This document shows, piece by piece, positions 23,246-36,825 of a stretch of 64,000 bases of DNA. Where the stretch lies: the NCBI GenBank assembly GCA_048013815.1, contig CM106585.1, forward strand, positions 14,136,001 to 14,200,000, given 5' to 3'. The stretch's first letter is position 1. Each line of letters opens with the position of its first letter. A program made the position numbers and the translations under genes. This DNA comes from Setoptus koraiensis. Lineage: Eukaryota > Animalia > Arthropoda. The notes beneath the pieces were generated by a model that worked only from the letters and a program-made list of their open reading frames with translations, was not told where the DNA came from and made no database searches.

Positions 23246-23904
23246 GGTTGTGATGGGGCGGCGGTTGTTGTCGATTGTGGCCTGGTTGCGATATCTATTG
23301 GTATTGTTGGTGATGTTGATGTAGAGGTGTTGCTACAGTAATATCAACGATAATAATAATAATAATAATAGTAATAGTAATAATATATTGGGGGCAATGA
23401 TAATAGAATAGGTAATAATAATATCTATAATAGTGTCTCTGATAATGTCTGTAATAGTATTATCGGCATCAATATAGTGGTAATAATAATAATAATAAAC
23501 CTAATAACATTTTTTGCTCTAGTCTCGATTGAAGTCCATGTCCAATGATGCCATTATTATTTACGAATAACGTCGTCGTATACAACGATTGTGTTTGTGT
23601 GTGTGTGTGAGTGTGTGTGTGCGAGAGTATGAGTGTCAGTGTAGACCTTGATTATATCCTTCTATAAAAAATTGTTGTGATTCGTCAATTTTGGTTCGAT
23701 ATGCTGTCGTTCGATCAGTGTGCCTGCGTGTGTAAAATGTTCAATTAAGTAATAATGTTGTTGTTGTTGTTGTTGTTTACTGGAATATAATATCTCTGCG
23801 TCTTTATTCTCGATCTTGCGGAAGAATTATCATGAGAATTTTTGTTAATATATATGTAAATGATAATCAATATCAATAGTAATAGCAACAGTCGTTCTCG
23901 GTCG

Positions 23905-23961
23905 CTCTCTCTCCTCCTCTCTCGCTCTTCCTCTCTCTCTCTCTCTCTCTCTCTATCTCTA
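23905..23961. repeat. (CT)n/(GA)n microsatellite in the MED25-Rap1 divergent intergenic region
   Basis: Pure CT run 23931-23954 with degenerate flanks. Confidence 0.85.
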
Positions 23962-24942
23962 TCGGAAGAACAAATCTTATAGAACCATGATGTGATGAAA
24001 ACAAGAAGAAGACTCTCTTTTTGGCTCCCCTCCTTTTTTCTCTTTCATTGGGGCAAACGTTGGCAAGGAACAACAAGATGACGACTACTGCGACAACGAC
24101 GACGGCTACAACGAAACTAGCATATGCGATTCTATTCTGTAGTTCTTTTCTGTCTGTCTATCCCTCTTTCGCTCTTTCCAATGAATCTGGCACATACTGT
24201 ATCTGTGAGTGTGTGTGTGCATATAAATATACAAACTATAGTGTATAAAACTGGTACAGACACACACACACAGACGCACATGCACATGAACAAACAGACA
24301 GACAGACAGACGGACAAATGGGCCAACTGATCGGAGCTATTAGCCGATTTGTCGGGCCTAGTGATGTACTGACAGAAAGATAGAAAGAGAGCGAGCGATA
24401 CTAACGAACATCATGTTGAATGAGGTATTATTAATATTTTATGAACTTTTGTCGTGTTTGCTCTGATTCCATTATTACTATCGGCATTATTCGGCAGTAT
24501 ACCGAGAGTTAAATACAACAATATCACTGACAAAATAATAATGACAACAACAACAACAACGACAATAATAACGACAACAATTAATAAGGAGAATGATAAT
24601 AATGATTAAAAAAGCCAACAACTTGTACCACTATGTTTGAACAATCAAAAAACAACAATTCTTGTATCCACAAATGCCGCCCTATGTTCTGTGGCAAAAT
24701 ACCCTACACGCCCACTCCTACCGCGTACCCTTGTCAGCAGGTGTTCGTACTTGTCGCTCTCTCGCTCTCCCCTCTTTCTCTGTGTGTGTGTCTCTATCGT
24801 TGCTTGCACCGCAATCCGCCTGCCTGTTTGCCTGTTAGTGTTGTGATGCGCGAAGTGTCAGCGGCTGTTTTGTGCGCATGGTCTGTCTGTCAATTGTCAT
24901 AGGTTTCGTCTATTGGTGCGTCTGTTGGCGAAACAACATACG

Positions 24943-24946
<4 letters not shown>

Positions 24947-24982
<36 letters not shown>
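24947..24982. repeat. (CA)18 microsatellite
   Basis: Read directly. Confidence 0.9.
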
Positions 24983-24984
<2 letters not shown>

Positions 24985-25581
24985 CTACGATAGAGAGAAA
25001 ATCCCATGGGATATTTGTACACCTAAAAGGGGGATGAGTTATCAAACATCGACCGTAAAGAGCTTGCTCGTTATTCACTCACGGTCCAACTTGCTCGTTA
25101 CACTCACGATATTATAACGTTAGGCACAATAGCCAGGGATCTAAATGTATAACCAAACAACAACAGTCGCTACATGTAAACTACACGTACTAATTAATCC
25201 GCAACACTATTGTAATTCTCTATTATTATTATTACCATCATTGTATAATTACCAGCAGCATCATTGCATCAATAACTATTTACTTACCACCACCTATATA
25301 TCATTTATACATACAAATATTTATCCCTTAGCTGACTTAAGGATCGAGGAACGTTACCGCAACATTCAAATATTATTATTAAAATTACTGTCATAGCAAT
25401 TAGTATTAACGTTATTATTACTATTATTATTATTATTATTGTAAACACTATATTACTATAGCATCACTATTATAATATTATTATATTATAGATATTATTT
25501 ATTTCATCACACATACTTATACTTGACTTGAAGAACAATTAACAATAATTCTCAATATTACAAAAATTTATTGGCTACTGA

Positions 25582-26239
<658 letters not shown>

Positions 26240-26370
26240 TATGTAAAATATTTTAATTCTAATATGGCCTCTCAAAACCTGACAAAAAGATTCGCGTTGT
26301 TATTATACTTGATCTGCTTGTCCAAATAAAATTACACTTTTGTTTGAGATCAACAACAAGACGGCTATAT

Positions 26371-28182
26371 CTAAAATCCTCCTCTCCTCAGCTGATGGAG
26401 GTATCTATCGTTACTCGATCCATCCATAGTCTGATTGGACTGAGTGGGGAAGACGTTATTTCCAAATTGTGCATTGGACATCACTGACTGAGGATGATTC
26501 AAGTGGGTAGATTTGTTGGGCATTGAGAAGTTGTCATTTCTGTTATCATTTGATATTGGGTTAGTAGAGCGCCAAGACGATGATGATCGCTTCCAGTCAT
26601 CTTGCCAGTAGTTATCTAACTCTCTTGGATCCCTCTCACGTTTAAGTCCTCCTGCTACTGGGATTGGTGGGGGCACTAGGCTAAGAGAGTCGTTCATTCT
26701 GCCGCGTGGCATGCCTGATTGAGCTGCTTGTTGACGCTTTCTTAATTCTTCACGTTCTCTGGCTAGACGTTCACGCTCAGCGGTAGTCTTTTCTCGTTCA
26801 ATTCTTAGTAGATTAGCCCTTTCTCGTTCGAGATTTTCACGTTCTATACGCAACTTTTCTTTTTCGCGTTCTAATCGATCTTTTTCATCACGTTGTCGGC
26901 GTTCTATATCGCGCTGTCGGCGATAAAATTCATCCTGGCGCCTTCGGTCCTCCCGGAAGGTCCTCACCCTTTCTCGTTCTCTGAAGCGACGTTCTACCTC
27001 GGATCTTTTGTCTATGAGTCGACTTGTGAAGCCACCTCGCCTAGTGCCCAGAAATGGCCTTCTGATTGGTGAGTGCCTGATTGGAGATTTGTTAGAGGGT
27101 GACATGCGGCTTCTCTTACGGTCTCGGCTAGAATGCCTCTTTCGACTGACACTGCTACTTCTCTGGGAGCCATCTTTATCTTTATCTTTGTCTTTTCTCT
27201 TCTCTTCATCTTTATCCTTCCTCTTCTCCTCGTCCTTATCTTTTCTCTTTTCTTCGTCTTTATCTTTCCTCTTATCCTTCTCATCGTCCTTCTTCTTCTC
27301 TTCATCTTTATCTTTTCTCTTCTCATCATCTTTGTCCTTCTTCTTTTCCTCATCTTTGTCTTTCTTCTTCTCCTCATCTTTATCTTTTTTCTTCTCTTCA
27401 TCTTTCTCTTTTCTCCTTTCATCTTCTTTATCCTTTTCCTTCGCTCTATCCTTCTCTCTCTTCTTCTCTTCATCCTTCTTCCTCTCCTCGTCTTTCTTTT
27501 TCTCCTCATCTTTGTCTCGATCTACATCCTTCGAATTATCTTTGTCTTTCTCTCTCCTTCTATCATCATCTTTCTCTCTCTCCTTATCTTTGTCTCTCAC
27601 CTTCTCCTTCTCTTTTTCCTTCTCTCTCTCCCTGACTTTATCTTTCTCTCTTCTTCTTTCATCATCTTTGTCGGTTGTTTTGTCCTTTGTCTCTCTCTTT
27701 TTCTCTTCATCTTTGTCCCTGGGTTTGTCTTTCTCTCTCCTCTTCTCATCATCTCTGGATTTATCCTTTTCACGTTTCTTTTCGTCATCTCTTAATTTAT
27801 CTTTTTCTCTACGACTATCATCTTCTTTGTCTCTAGTTCGGTCTTTGTCCCTTTTCTTTTCGTCATCCTTAGATTTATCCTTGTCTCTCTTTTTTTCGTC
27901 GTCCTTGGGTTTATCTTTATCTCTCTTCTTCTCGTCGTCCTCTTTGACTTTATCTTTATCTCGCCTCTTCTCTCTCCGGCTTCTATCTGATGATTCCTTG
28001 GTTTTTTCCATGTTATGTTTGTTGTCAGGGGTATCTTTTACTCTATCATTCCTGAGCCTATCTGAATTAGTATTATTGGTATCATTGTTGTTAGAATCAT
28101 CCTGTTCGCGATATTCATTATCCTCTACTTTGATTTGAACTGCATCAGTGATGGTCGAATCAATGTCACCGTTGTTGTCCAT
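26371..28182 (-). CDS. SAFB/SLTM-like nuclear protein (K/D/E/R-rich plus R/E coiled coil), 603 aa
   Basis: The coiled-coil block EKDRLEREKEKLRIERENLERERANLLRIEREKTTAERERLAREREELRKRQQ and the following LKRERD..YW motif resemble the SAFB/SLTM C-terminal half. Long EEKRKDKD-type repeats and an RS-like patch. No SAP or RRM domain visible. Confidence 0.58.
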   Translation of the reverse strand: MDNNGDIDSTITDAVQIKVEDNEYREQDDSNNNDTNNTNSDRLRNDRVKDTPDNKHNMEKTKESSDRSRREKRRDKDKVKEDDEKKRDKDKPKDDEKKRDKDKSKDDEKKRDKDRTRDKEDDSRREKDKLRDDEKKREKDKSRDDEKRREKDKPRDKDEEKKRETKDKTTDKDDERRREKDKVREREKEKEKEKVRDKDKEREKDDDRRREKDKDNSKDVDRDKDEEKKKDEERKKDEEKKREKDRAKEKDKEDERRKEKDEEKKKDKDEEKKKDKDEEKKKDKDDEKRKDKDEEKKKDDEKDKRKDKDEEKRKDKDEEKRKDKDEEKRKDKDKDKDGSQRSSSVSRKRHSSRDRKRSRMSPSNKSPIRHSPIRRPFLGTRRGGFTSRLIDKRSEVERRFRERERVRTFREDRRRQDEFYRRQRDIERRQRDEKDRLEREKEKLRIERENLERERANLLRIEREKTTAERERLAREREELRKRQQAAQSGMPRGRMNDSLSLVPPPIPVAGGLKRERDPRELDNYWQDDWKRSSSSWRSTNPISNDNRNDNFSMPNKSTHLNHPQSVMSNAQFGNNVFPTQSNQTMDGSSNDRYLHQLRRGGF

Positions 28183-29750
28183 GCTGTCAGTTACAGGGAT
28201 ATCAATATATGATAATTAATTTAGTAATACTAGGCGACAATCAAAAATGATGCTAGTTAAATTAATATTCAATAAGTGTAGCCCAAATCCAAACCAATTC
28301 ATGAAACAAGAATTCTCATTTAGCCGCTGAAATATCTTGTAAATTGCATTGTGCCTTCTTCCAACATCGTAGTGCGTGCAATCAGGCTTGTGCGGACCAA
28401 ACTCTTTCCCCTTTCTTAAATTGCAAACACCAGCAATTACTCAGCTTTTACCCCCATTCAATGATGGCAATTCGAACACCACATTGATACAGTCAACTAC
28501 AAAAAGATAGTCCACTCTGGCCAATCGTAGACCTATGCGCATGCCGCGGGATTTAAACTTCTCTGCAAAGAAACCGGCAAGAGATGTGCGAACAGATTTC
28601 GCAATGCTGGCCCGACAGTCTGAGCGGTGGGTACGATGGAGTTCGCTCAATCAGTGGGCGGGCACTCGGGCGCTAGTCGCAGTAGGGGTACATGCGGAAC
28701 GACCGAGGAGATCACCTCATGCCCTTATCAGAGGGGTCTACAAGAGTTTTTGCCTCCGTTTATCCCAACTCGGATGCTTGCCGGGTGTCCCCTTTTCAAT
28801 CTCGAACACCATCAATCAAACTCCTTTAATTGTGTGTCACCCATCATGAAAGTGCATAATAAGCAGAGCTCGTCAACTGCCGGCTTCTCGCCGATAAGAG
28901 AGTATCATTGCTCTTGTGAAAATTAATTCAATTTAATAAACGATTTCGCATCTAGAACATGCTCACACTCACTCTTATGCTCATTCTTCGATTGTCTTTT
29001 TCGACCACGACATCAGGGGCTCGTGGAGAGCTATGGTCTCAACGTTCTTACACAACCTAAAAAAAGTGGGCGGAAAAGCCGCTCGCTGCCGCCCATTCAT
29101 TTTGCTCAACCGGTCTCTCTTCTCGCAGCACAAATGCGAGATGGACAATGATAATAAATTCATATACAGGTCGTTGAGTGCATGTTTCAATTGAGATAAC
29201 AAGCGGTAAATTTGAATGGCAATTTCAAAAAAAAAAAAGAAATTTTTAGCGAACACTCTTTGGAAAATTCAAACTCACAACTTTATTTTATGATTCATTG
29301 TGCTACTTTGTATGGCCCACCTGTAACCATGGAAACCCCTTTTATGACAGAGATGAGGGGATCGACTTTCAATTCATCCGTAATCAAAATCTAGAACGCC
29401 ACTGCGTGGATACGATGGAGAATTCTCTGCAAACACCAGGACTGTTAATAGTCAGAGAAGCAAGCTGAACAGTCCCATGAAAGATGTATATAATTGATCA
29501 CGAATTTTCAGAGAAATTAAATAAAGAAATTTTGTACGAGTTCACAACATTCATTATTCTTGAAATACATGGATAGCCTATCTTTCAATAAGGGATGGTT
29601 TATGTTGTTGGGTTTTGATGCTGATGTACAAGTGATCAGATCTTTCACCAATCTCTAACCAATAAATAGAGCCTAGATCGATGGGTGACACCTAAATATC
29701 AATAAACAACTCTCTCTGCGAGGCCGACATAGATAAACTTAGAAAATGTA

Positions 29751-31514
29751 TCATGGCCATTTACGCAGTTTGTTGATTCGACCTATCTCCTCAGGACTCT
29801 TATCTCTCGCAATCATCAGAGTATGTCCAAATCCACAAACTACGTTCAAAACATGGATTCCATCTAAGGGTCTGACTTCCTGGGGAGTTGTGGAGGATTT
29901 TGATTTTCCTTCGCCGTAACCGAGCTCTCCGTAGGTGGGACTAGGTCCCCAACTGACGACAGATTCGTCGGCGGCCAATACGATAGATCTGTTGGCACAT
30001 GCAACAGATCTTATTCGCCATCCACAGAGATCCTGGACATTCTTCGGATACATGGTTGCTTCACCGGAAGACTTGTTTTGACCCCAGAAATAGAGTAGAC
30101 CATTTACATCAGTGGCCATGCTGTGAGTTGCACCAGCGAATACTCTGGCGGCTCCTCTCCCGTGAGAATTAGGCACGTCAAAGACACGGATACTTCGGGG
30201 AACAAATTCATTCTTAGTTTCTGAGTGGCCTAGTCTATGATAACCTCCGAATCCCCATGAGAAACATCTATGTTTTTTATCCACTGCCAGGGAATGGTTT
30301 GTACCGCAAGCTATATCTACTATACTGACGTTGTCTAGCGCAGTTATGTGACCATCTCTGGATTTTTCTATAAATGCAACTATCCTTCTTGGTGAATGTT
30401 CGCAATGAAATGCATACTTGTTGCCTGTCGTGAAGTATTTTCCTTCTGAGTTGTGTCCGAGTTGACCGTGCTCAGGGTGACCAAAGGAGTATAAAGAGCC
30501 CTCAATATCGACAATCAAGCTGAATTCAGCACCACAAGCCAACTTGACTATTGGTTTATTTTCCTTGAATGAGATTTTGGTTGGTGTTGTTATCTGTTGG
30601 ACTGATGGCTGATTAGTGCCACATTGCCCCATTTTGTTATCACCACAACCATAAACAACTCCATCTGATGTCAAAAATAGAGTATGAGATCTACCACAGG
30701 CAGCCGCCACAACATTCTTGCTTTTGAGTGCTTCTACGACTGTTGGCACAAATCTTGTCTCTGTGTCTCCCAATCCTAGTTGGCCCTTATCATTTCTCCC
30801 AAAAGTCAGGGCCACACCTTCAGTGGTAACTATAACAGAGTGACAAGCATTACAACCGCTGAAGACTCCTTTGACACGACTTGATTTATCGGGATTAGCA
30901 GGATCTAGACAGACTCTGTGGGGTGCCCAAAGATTTCGCGCAGCCGGATGTACCTCAACGGGTTTCTTAGCATTTTTAGGCAATTCCTTTCTTCCAGTCA
31001 TATCCCAGTTGGCTCCTCCACATATCAATAAAGTGCCAGAGGGCTCCTCTTCAGGTTGGGGTGGCTCGGGAGCGTTTGTTTTGGTTTGTTCTGCGTTATC
31101 TATGGACGGTTCTGCTTTAGAGTCATTGCTATCCGCTTCGCTATTATCATCTTTATTTGGCTTTGCTTTTTCCTCCTTCTCTTTCTCTCCGTCTCCGTTC
31201 TCTCCGTCTCCGTTCTCTTTTTTGCTACCGTTAGCCTGCTGTTGAGTGGTTGCATTAGCATTTTTGTCAGTCTCTTTGATGTCAAGATCAGTCTGTTGTT
31301 TTTTCTCCTTCTCATCTGGATGTTCATTGGTCTGCCTGTCAACTCCATTTTTTGTATCTATGTTATTGTTATTATTTAAAGTGTCATTATCTGTGACGTC
31401 AGTCGCTGGTTGTGTGTCAGTAATTTTTGTATCAGTATTGTTACTTATATCCCCCTTGAGCTTTTTACACACCTCATCTGCACTTGGCGAAGATTCTCTT
31501 TTAGTTGGCGACAT
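29751..31514 (-). CDS. RCC2: RCC2/TD-60 (RCC1-repeat beta-propeller), 587 aa, intronless
   Basis: GTLLICGGANWDMTGRKE, NLWAPHR, FGRNDKGQLGLGD, GHPEHGQLGHNSEGKYF, SWGFGGYHRLGH, YPKNVQDLCGW, SWGPSPTYGELGYG..KSSTTPQEV; acidic disordered N-terminus. Confidence 0.95.
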   Translation of the reverse strand: MSPTKRESSPSADEVCKKLKGDISNNTDTKITDTQPATDVTDNDTLNNNNNIDTKNGVDRQTNEHPDEKEKKQQTDLDIKETDKNANATTQQQANGSKKENGDGENGDGEKEKEEKAKPNKDDNSEADSNDSKAEPSIDNAEQTKTNAPEPPQPEEEPSGTLLICGGANWDMTGRKELPKNAKKPVEVHPAARNLWAPHRVCLDPANPDKSSRVKGVFSGCNACHSVIVTTEGVALTFGRNDKGQLGLGDTETRFVPTVVEALKSKNVVAAACGRSHTLFLTSDGVVYGCGDNKMGQCGTNQPSVQQITTPTKISFKENKPIVKLACGAEFSLIVDIEGSLYSFGHPEHGQLGHNSEGKYFTTGNKYAFHCEHSPRRIVAFIEKSRDGHITALDNVSIVDIACGTNHSLAVDKKHRCFSWGFGGYHRLGHSETKNEFVPRSIRVFDVPNSHGRGAARVFAGATHSMATDVNGLLYFWGQNKSSGEATMYPKNVQDLCGWRIRSVACANRSIVLAADESVVSWGPSPTYGELGYGEGKSKSSTTPQEVRPLDGIHVLNVVCGFGHTLMIARDKSPEEIGRINKLRKWP

Positions 31515-33490
31515 GATAGATTCTGCTGATTCTGATATATAGTCGAATTGTGAATGATAATGTATGGTGGTGATTAATTAATTGTTATTACTGTCGCAGT
31601 ATGTAATGTTAATTAATAGAAGACCTTGCTTCGTTAAATCCACCACAAATTCGAAGCCACAGTTATTTGATGGAATATAGTTGTTCGTATGTGTGTGTGT
31701 GTGTGTCTTGTGTTCACGCATGAATGTACATAAATATGTATGTAAACTAAATTGATTTTGTGTTGTAATATAGTAAGAATTAATGTTAGTGAATTATAGG
31801 TTAGGTTGGTGTTTGTTTTTTTTTGTTTGTTTTGTATTGTTTTTCATAAATAACCGATTCCGCAGTAATACTAGCAGAATGTTAGCTGGCTGGACAATGT
31901 GTGTTGTGCATGCAATATTGCTTGATAAGTACCGATAAGTAGTAGTAGTAGAGGTAGCAGTACCCACAGAGAACAGTTACAGTTAAGTAGAAATATCACT
32001 CTTGGTCCGATTTGGCTGTTCTTGTCATTAGGTTTTGTTCGTTCAGTTTTATAATTTGAGGATTTGAGTGCACACGATTGAGCCGAGATGATAGAAATAT
32101 TTCCGACTGATAACGACAATAATGAGGTATCACTGTGCTTGTGTGATATGGTCCGGGTTGGGTGATAGTATTATTTGGCTTAGAAATAATAGTGCAATAA
32201 TCATGTAATGTAGATACAAATAAATATGTGTGCTGTTATCGGTTAGCTACTAGCTATGATAAACCATTAGTGTTGATGTGATAAATATGATTATTGTTTC
32301 GTGGTTGGTTGTGCCTGCAGTTGTTAAGATTCCGACTGACAATGTCCTCGATTGTTCCTAAAAGAAGCTAGATGATCAAATATATTATACAATATACGGT
32401 ATAATAATGTGTGCGAATGAGATGATGCTGCCACGGTGCGACCCTGCTCATATGTGCAATGGTCGTAATCCAACGTCGTTCGTCATCAACAAATCCAAAA
32501 TCTCGCTCGCTTGTCAGTCTGCTACGTCTATGGTGGATGAAAGATAATCTATGATGAGTATTATTACTATTTAACAAAAAGATCTTTCGCACTGTTTATG
32601 ATGTAACATGAAGTAGCTGCTGTCTTGAGTTCAATCCGAACTATACTGTTGAGCGTATATACAGTACAGTATACACAATCGCATGCACAATAGAATGTCG
32701 CTGGTACAACAACAACAACAACAACGACGACGACGACGGTGACAGGGCTCACGATGATCGGCCTAATGATACAATAATATAAATAAAAATAATTAGATCG
32801 GAAATTATGGTGATAATATTGATAATAATACTGATATAGTAATAGCAATGGTGCCAGCGGGTACACGTATGGCGGTGAGGTAATACAACAGGGACAAGAG
32901 AGAGAGAGAGAGAGCGAGAGAGAACCACTGCCGAACCTTGTGCGGCGGCTGTTGCTGCTATCGCCGCCGCCGCCGCTGCTGCCACTATCGTCGTCATCGT
33001 CGTCGTGGTCGTTGCCGCCACCGCCGCCGCCTTGTTACTAGTGTTTGCCATCACAGAACCGCTCCATTCTTTTGTCCGATTCTCTGCCCTTTACACTGCA
33101 ATGGCAGTGTGTTCCTTTTGCAAGTTCTATTTGTGCGTGTGTGTCTGTGTGTGTGTATGTGTGTCTGTTCCTGTGCCAAACCTCACACACGATATTCGAT
33201 TCGTGTAAAAGCGCTCACTATCACTGCATGAATTCTATTGTAACAATAATATTGTATCACAGTAAATGTGCACTCAACTCACATCGAACACCATGCCGCT
33301 TACTTGTATTTATTGTTCTTTTTGGCACGCCACATCTCAATCTGTTCGCTTGTTTCGCACAAAAGTTGGCGCACAATATCTTCCATGTTGCGCAAACGCA
33401 TGACGGACATCTGTAACAAGCCACGGCAGCCCTCCCATCATCCAGATTTTTGCAAGGTACATTTGTAATAAAAATCTCTGTATAAACAAC

Positions 33491-33736
33491 TTATGCATAT
33501 GTAATCCACTGTGATACGTAACGAAATTCTGTTTCGGCAATGCATCGCTCCCATCTAGAGATATACCTATGAATGGTGGCATGATATAACTCGAAGATTT
33601 CCGAGCTCCACAGTTCCAATATGTGAACCTTATTTGACTCGTCTGGTGCCAGGTTCGCGCGATCGTCGGATCGATTGAATAATTCATAGCGACAGTCGAT
33701 TGCATGAGCAACCCAACTAATACGAGTTGCCGGCAA
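33491..33736 (-). mobile_element. Possible degenerate mariner-type transposase C-terminal fragment
   Basis: NLAP...W.SEIFELYHATIHRYISRWERCIAETEFRY resembles the mariner C-terminus (DLAP...W...EFY..GIHKL.ERWEKCV...G.Y) with shortened spacing. No TIRs and no DD34D core seen. Confidence 0.35.
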
Positions 33737-35013
33737 CTGATAGAGGAAACATCTCGAGAGACCTCAAAACGCAAGAACCAAGCGCTGTCGCAGAGTTCAA
33801 CACTGTCGCCCGACAAACACTGGCGCTTTGCGAGTACTAAGCGGATTTGAGTTGTGGATGGATCAATTAGGATAGAAGGTATATGCTGTAATGTTATGTA
33901 ATTATAGAGTCAACCTCGTTTGCACAGGCACGTGGTATTTGTGTTACATCATAACCAGATGTGCGCGTGTTCGCCTGTCAGACCTCGTCGCTGCACGCAG
34001 CCGCCTAACTTTGATAGAAGTGATACATTTTAATTGGGCACAGGCTAATCTTTATGATTAGTTCTTTATATCTTGTTTATGTTAGATCGTGGGCACATTA
34101 CGACAGTAGGACTTTTTAGATTGTTCGTTGAGTGATGTTACATTTTTTTCTCCTTATCTTTTTCCTGTCGCATTTTTATTCTTTTTGTTTGTGGTTCACT
34201 TTTCTGTTGTCAGAGCGGTTACCGCAACGGCAGATTGAGAGAGACAAACTTTGCAAAAGCGGGAGATAAAGAGCGCTAAAGAAAACGAGTGGCACAATGG
34301 GAGATCAATGGAGACTACGCAATAAGGAGATCAGGGGAGTTTACCGAGAGCACGCAGGTAGATGACAGAACAGGTTCTCTGTTTCAGCGGACTGACCTCG
34401 ATCAGAGACATAAACACACCGAACCTGACCTATACAATCTCCTTGCCTCAATGACAGGGGAGGGAATAACAAGTTGTCGTCACTGACACTATAGTAAAGG
34501 TGATATATATTAAAAACGCAAAATAAAAAAGTATTGTTAGGGCTACGCTGTGCCCTGCTACTGGTACAGTTTTCTTTTTTTCGATAGTTTCCGATACACC
34601 ATTGAAAGAGTAACGTGCAGATGGCGCCTGTGCCTAGCTCAAAACAGACAATTGTGCTTTGACAATAGGGTTTCCCACTGACATGGACAACATCGACCGC
34701 AGTTATTGTGCTGATTTTCATTTGAGCAGCGACTCAGGGCACTAATGTGCCAGCGAGCAGCACAATGTGTTCTGTAGCATTGCGTTTTTAATGTTGCACC
34801 CCCATTCATATGCGTGCAATATTGCAAGCGTGTCTCCAGTTGTTTACATTTTATCTCAAACACCAATGTATAGGTGACGTTGGTTCACTATATTTATCCA
34901 ACTCTATTTTTTTCTCTATTACCATCAATCTGGCGAAACAAAACCACACAAAATCAAAACTTTGATACCAGTAGAAATCACAGTACGGCATATAGAGGGC
35001 CTATCCAGAGGCC

Positions 35014-36825
35014 ATGGACAAATTTCATTTACTATTGAAGCAAATTGAAAAGGAGTACGACCTTCTGTCTGCCGAGAACGCCGCCCTGAAAGAAATTATA
35101 TCCAAAGATGCAATTGTCAACGAGTCACCGTCATCGGTGAGCAACAAACAAAATATTAGCCCCCAACAGCACAAAAGGCATGGAGCCTCTAATATACTGA
35201 CCAATACATTGGCCTCAAGTGCAAGTAGCAAACGTGATTCCGTTGTCAATGCCAGTCATATGTTATCTAATAAGCTAAAATCCAAATATAAAATCAAATC
35301 GGCATCTACACGAATATTTAGATCTTCTACAACAACCCCAAATTCTGTCAATAAATTAATTAGACAATTTGAATGGCATAAGGATGGCGTATGGTTTGTC
35401 ACTGCCTCAGCGGTGCCTAACAATCGCATCTTGATTGGTACCGCTTCGGCCGACGGAACTGCATGTGTCGCAGACGCCACCAGATTAATCAATGATTTTT
35501 ACAATACATCAAATTTTGGCGTTGGCCCAAGCTCAACCTCCGCCAGTATAGTGCAACAATACAGTCAACCTAGCTCTAGTACATCACCATCAACGAATAT
35601 CGGCTTGTCGACATTCAAGAATGCTGTTGAAAGGACCACCGCTAGCGTATCGTCTTCCAAAATGGCTGGTACACAAGCTACTAATATAACAAGCTCATCG
35701 CCTACATCGTTTGCTAATTTTCCCGGTTTGCCTCACACTTATTACGTTGGCCATGCTGGCTCAGTTAATTGTATTAGGTTCCATTCTAGTCATGACCTTG
35801 TTTTAACTGCTGGCGGAGAGGGAACATCTCACATTTGGCGTTGTCCACCTATCTCCACTATGGAGCCATTACCATCGCGTAGCAATTCCCAAGATGACGA
35901 CCACTCACCTGATAGTCAAGGACCAACCGGTGGCTTCGTGCCTGGTCTTGGAAGCTCCGCGGAAGGAGACACCAGTACTTTAGTGGGGGGTATTAGTAGT
36001 CAGCAACAACAGGCTCATCTAATTAAGCAACCCCTGAAAGAGCTTACAGGTCACACTTCTACAGTTATATCGTGTGATTGGCTCTTCGGGGTAGATCAAT
36101 GTGTAACTGCGTCATGGGATAGAACAGCCAATATATATGATATAAAAACTGGTGAGCTTGTTGTACAACTGGCTGGTCATGATCAAGAGCTTACACACGT
36201 TTGCTCTCATCAGTCATTGCCATTGATAGTGACAGCATCTGATGACACTACTTTTCGTTTGTGGGACTTTCGAGAGGCCATTCATTCGGTCTGTGTCTTC
36301 CAAGGCCACGCAGAGTAAGTAAACTTCATTCAATCTAGATTCCACCAGTAGATCGCATCGACAGCGTAGCAACTTTGACTAATTTGTGATAATTCTCAAC
36401 CATTTTCTATGTGATTCAGATCTGTTTCTTCTGCAACATTTTTTGGCACGGACAAAGTGATTTCGGCTAGTGACGATCGCACATGTAAGATCTGGGACTT
36501 GAGGAATATGAGATCACCGTTGACTACCATAGACGTTGAGGCGCCCATAAACAAGATATCGGCATCACAAAGTCATAATCTATTAGCTATTCCATTGGAC
36601 AATAGAACTGTAAGATTCTATGATATCAATGGGAACCGCATTAACAGATTGCCAAGGACACACCATCAGCGAATGGCCACCTGTACAACATTTATACCAC
36701 CACCTTCTCAAGCAGCGATCCCCAACACCTCGCCATCATCATCAACGGCAAACAATCTTTTACTACTTACGTGTGGCTTCGACAAACGGGTTGCTCTTTG
36801 GTCCTTGCCCAATTTATCATTATAG
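35014..36825 (+). CDS. WDR37: WD repeat-containing protein 37, about 568 aa
   Basis: Exons 35014-36314 and 36420-36825; intron 36315-36419 (GTAAGT..TTCAG, 105 nt) joins GHAE|SVSSA. N-terminal coiled coil LLKQIEKEYDLLSAENAALK; WD repeats (HKDGVW, IGTASADGTA, YVGHAGSVNCIRFH, GHTSTVISCDW, TASWDRTANIYD, GHDQELTH, TFRLWDFR). Confidence 0.93.

Noticed and set aside
27008-28138. 376-aa plus-strand Ser/Leu/Phe-rich ORF (and 27133-27795)
   Set aside because: Antisense shadow of the K/D/E-rich SAFB-like coding strand; the hydrophobicity follows from codon complementarity.
31796-31810. AGGTTAGGTTGG, resembling TTAGG telomeric or telomerase-template sequence
   Set aside because: Fewer than two perfect repeats, expected by chance in 64 kb; no supporting structure.
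32567-33416. Several Ala/Val/Arg/Cys-repeat ORFs upstream of RCC2
   Set aside because: Products of GCC/GTC/CA microsatellites with no coherent domain; probably promoter or UTR sequence.
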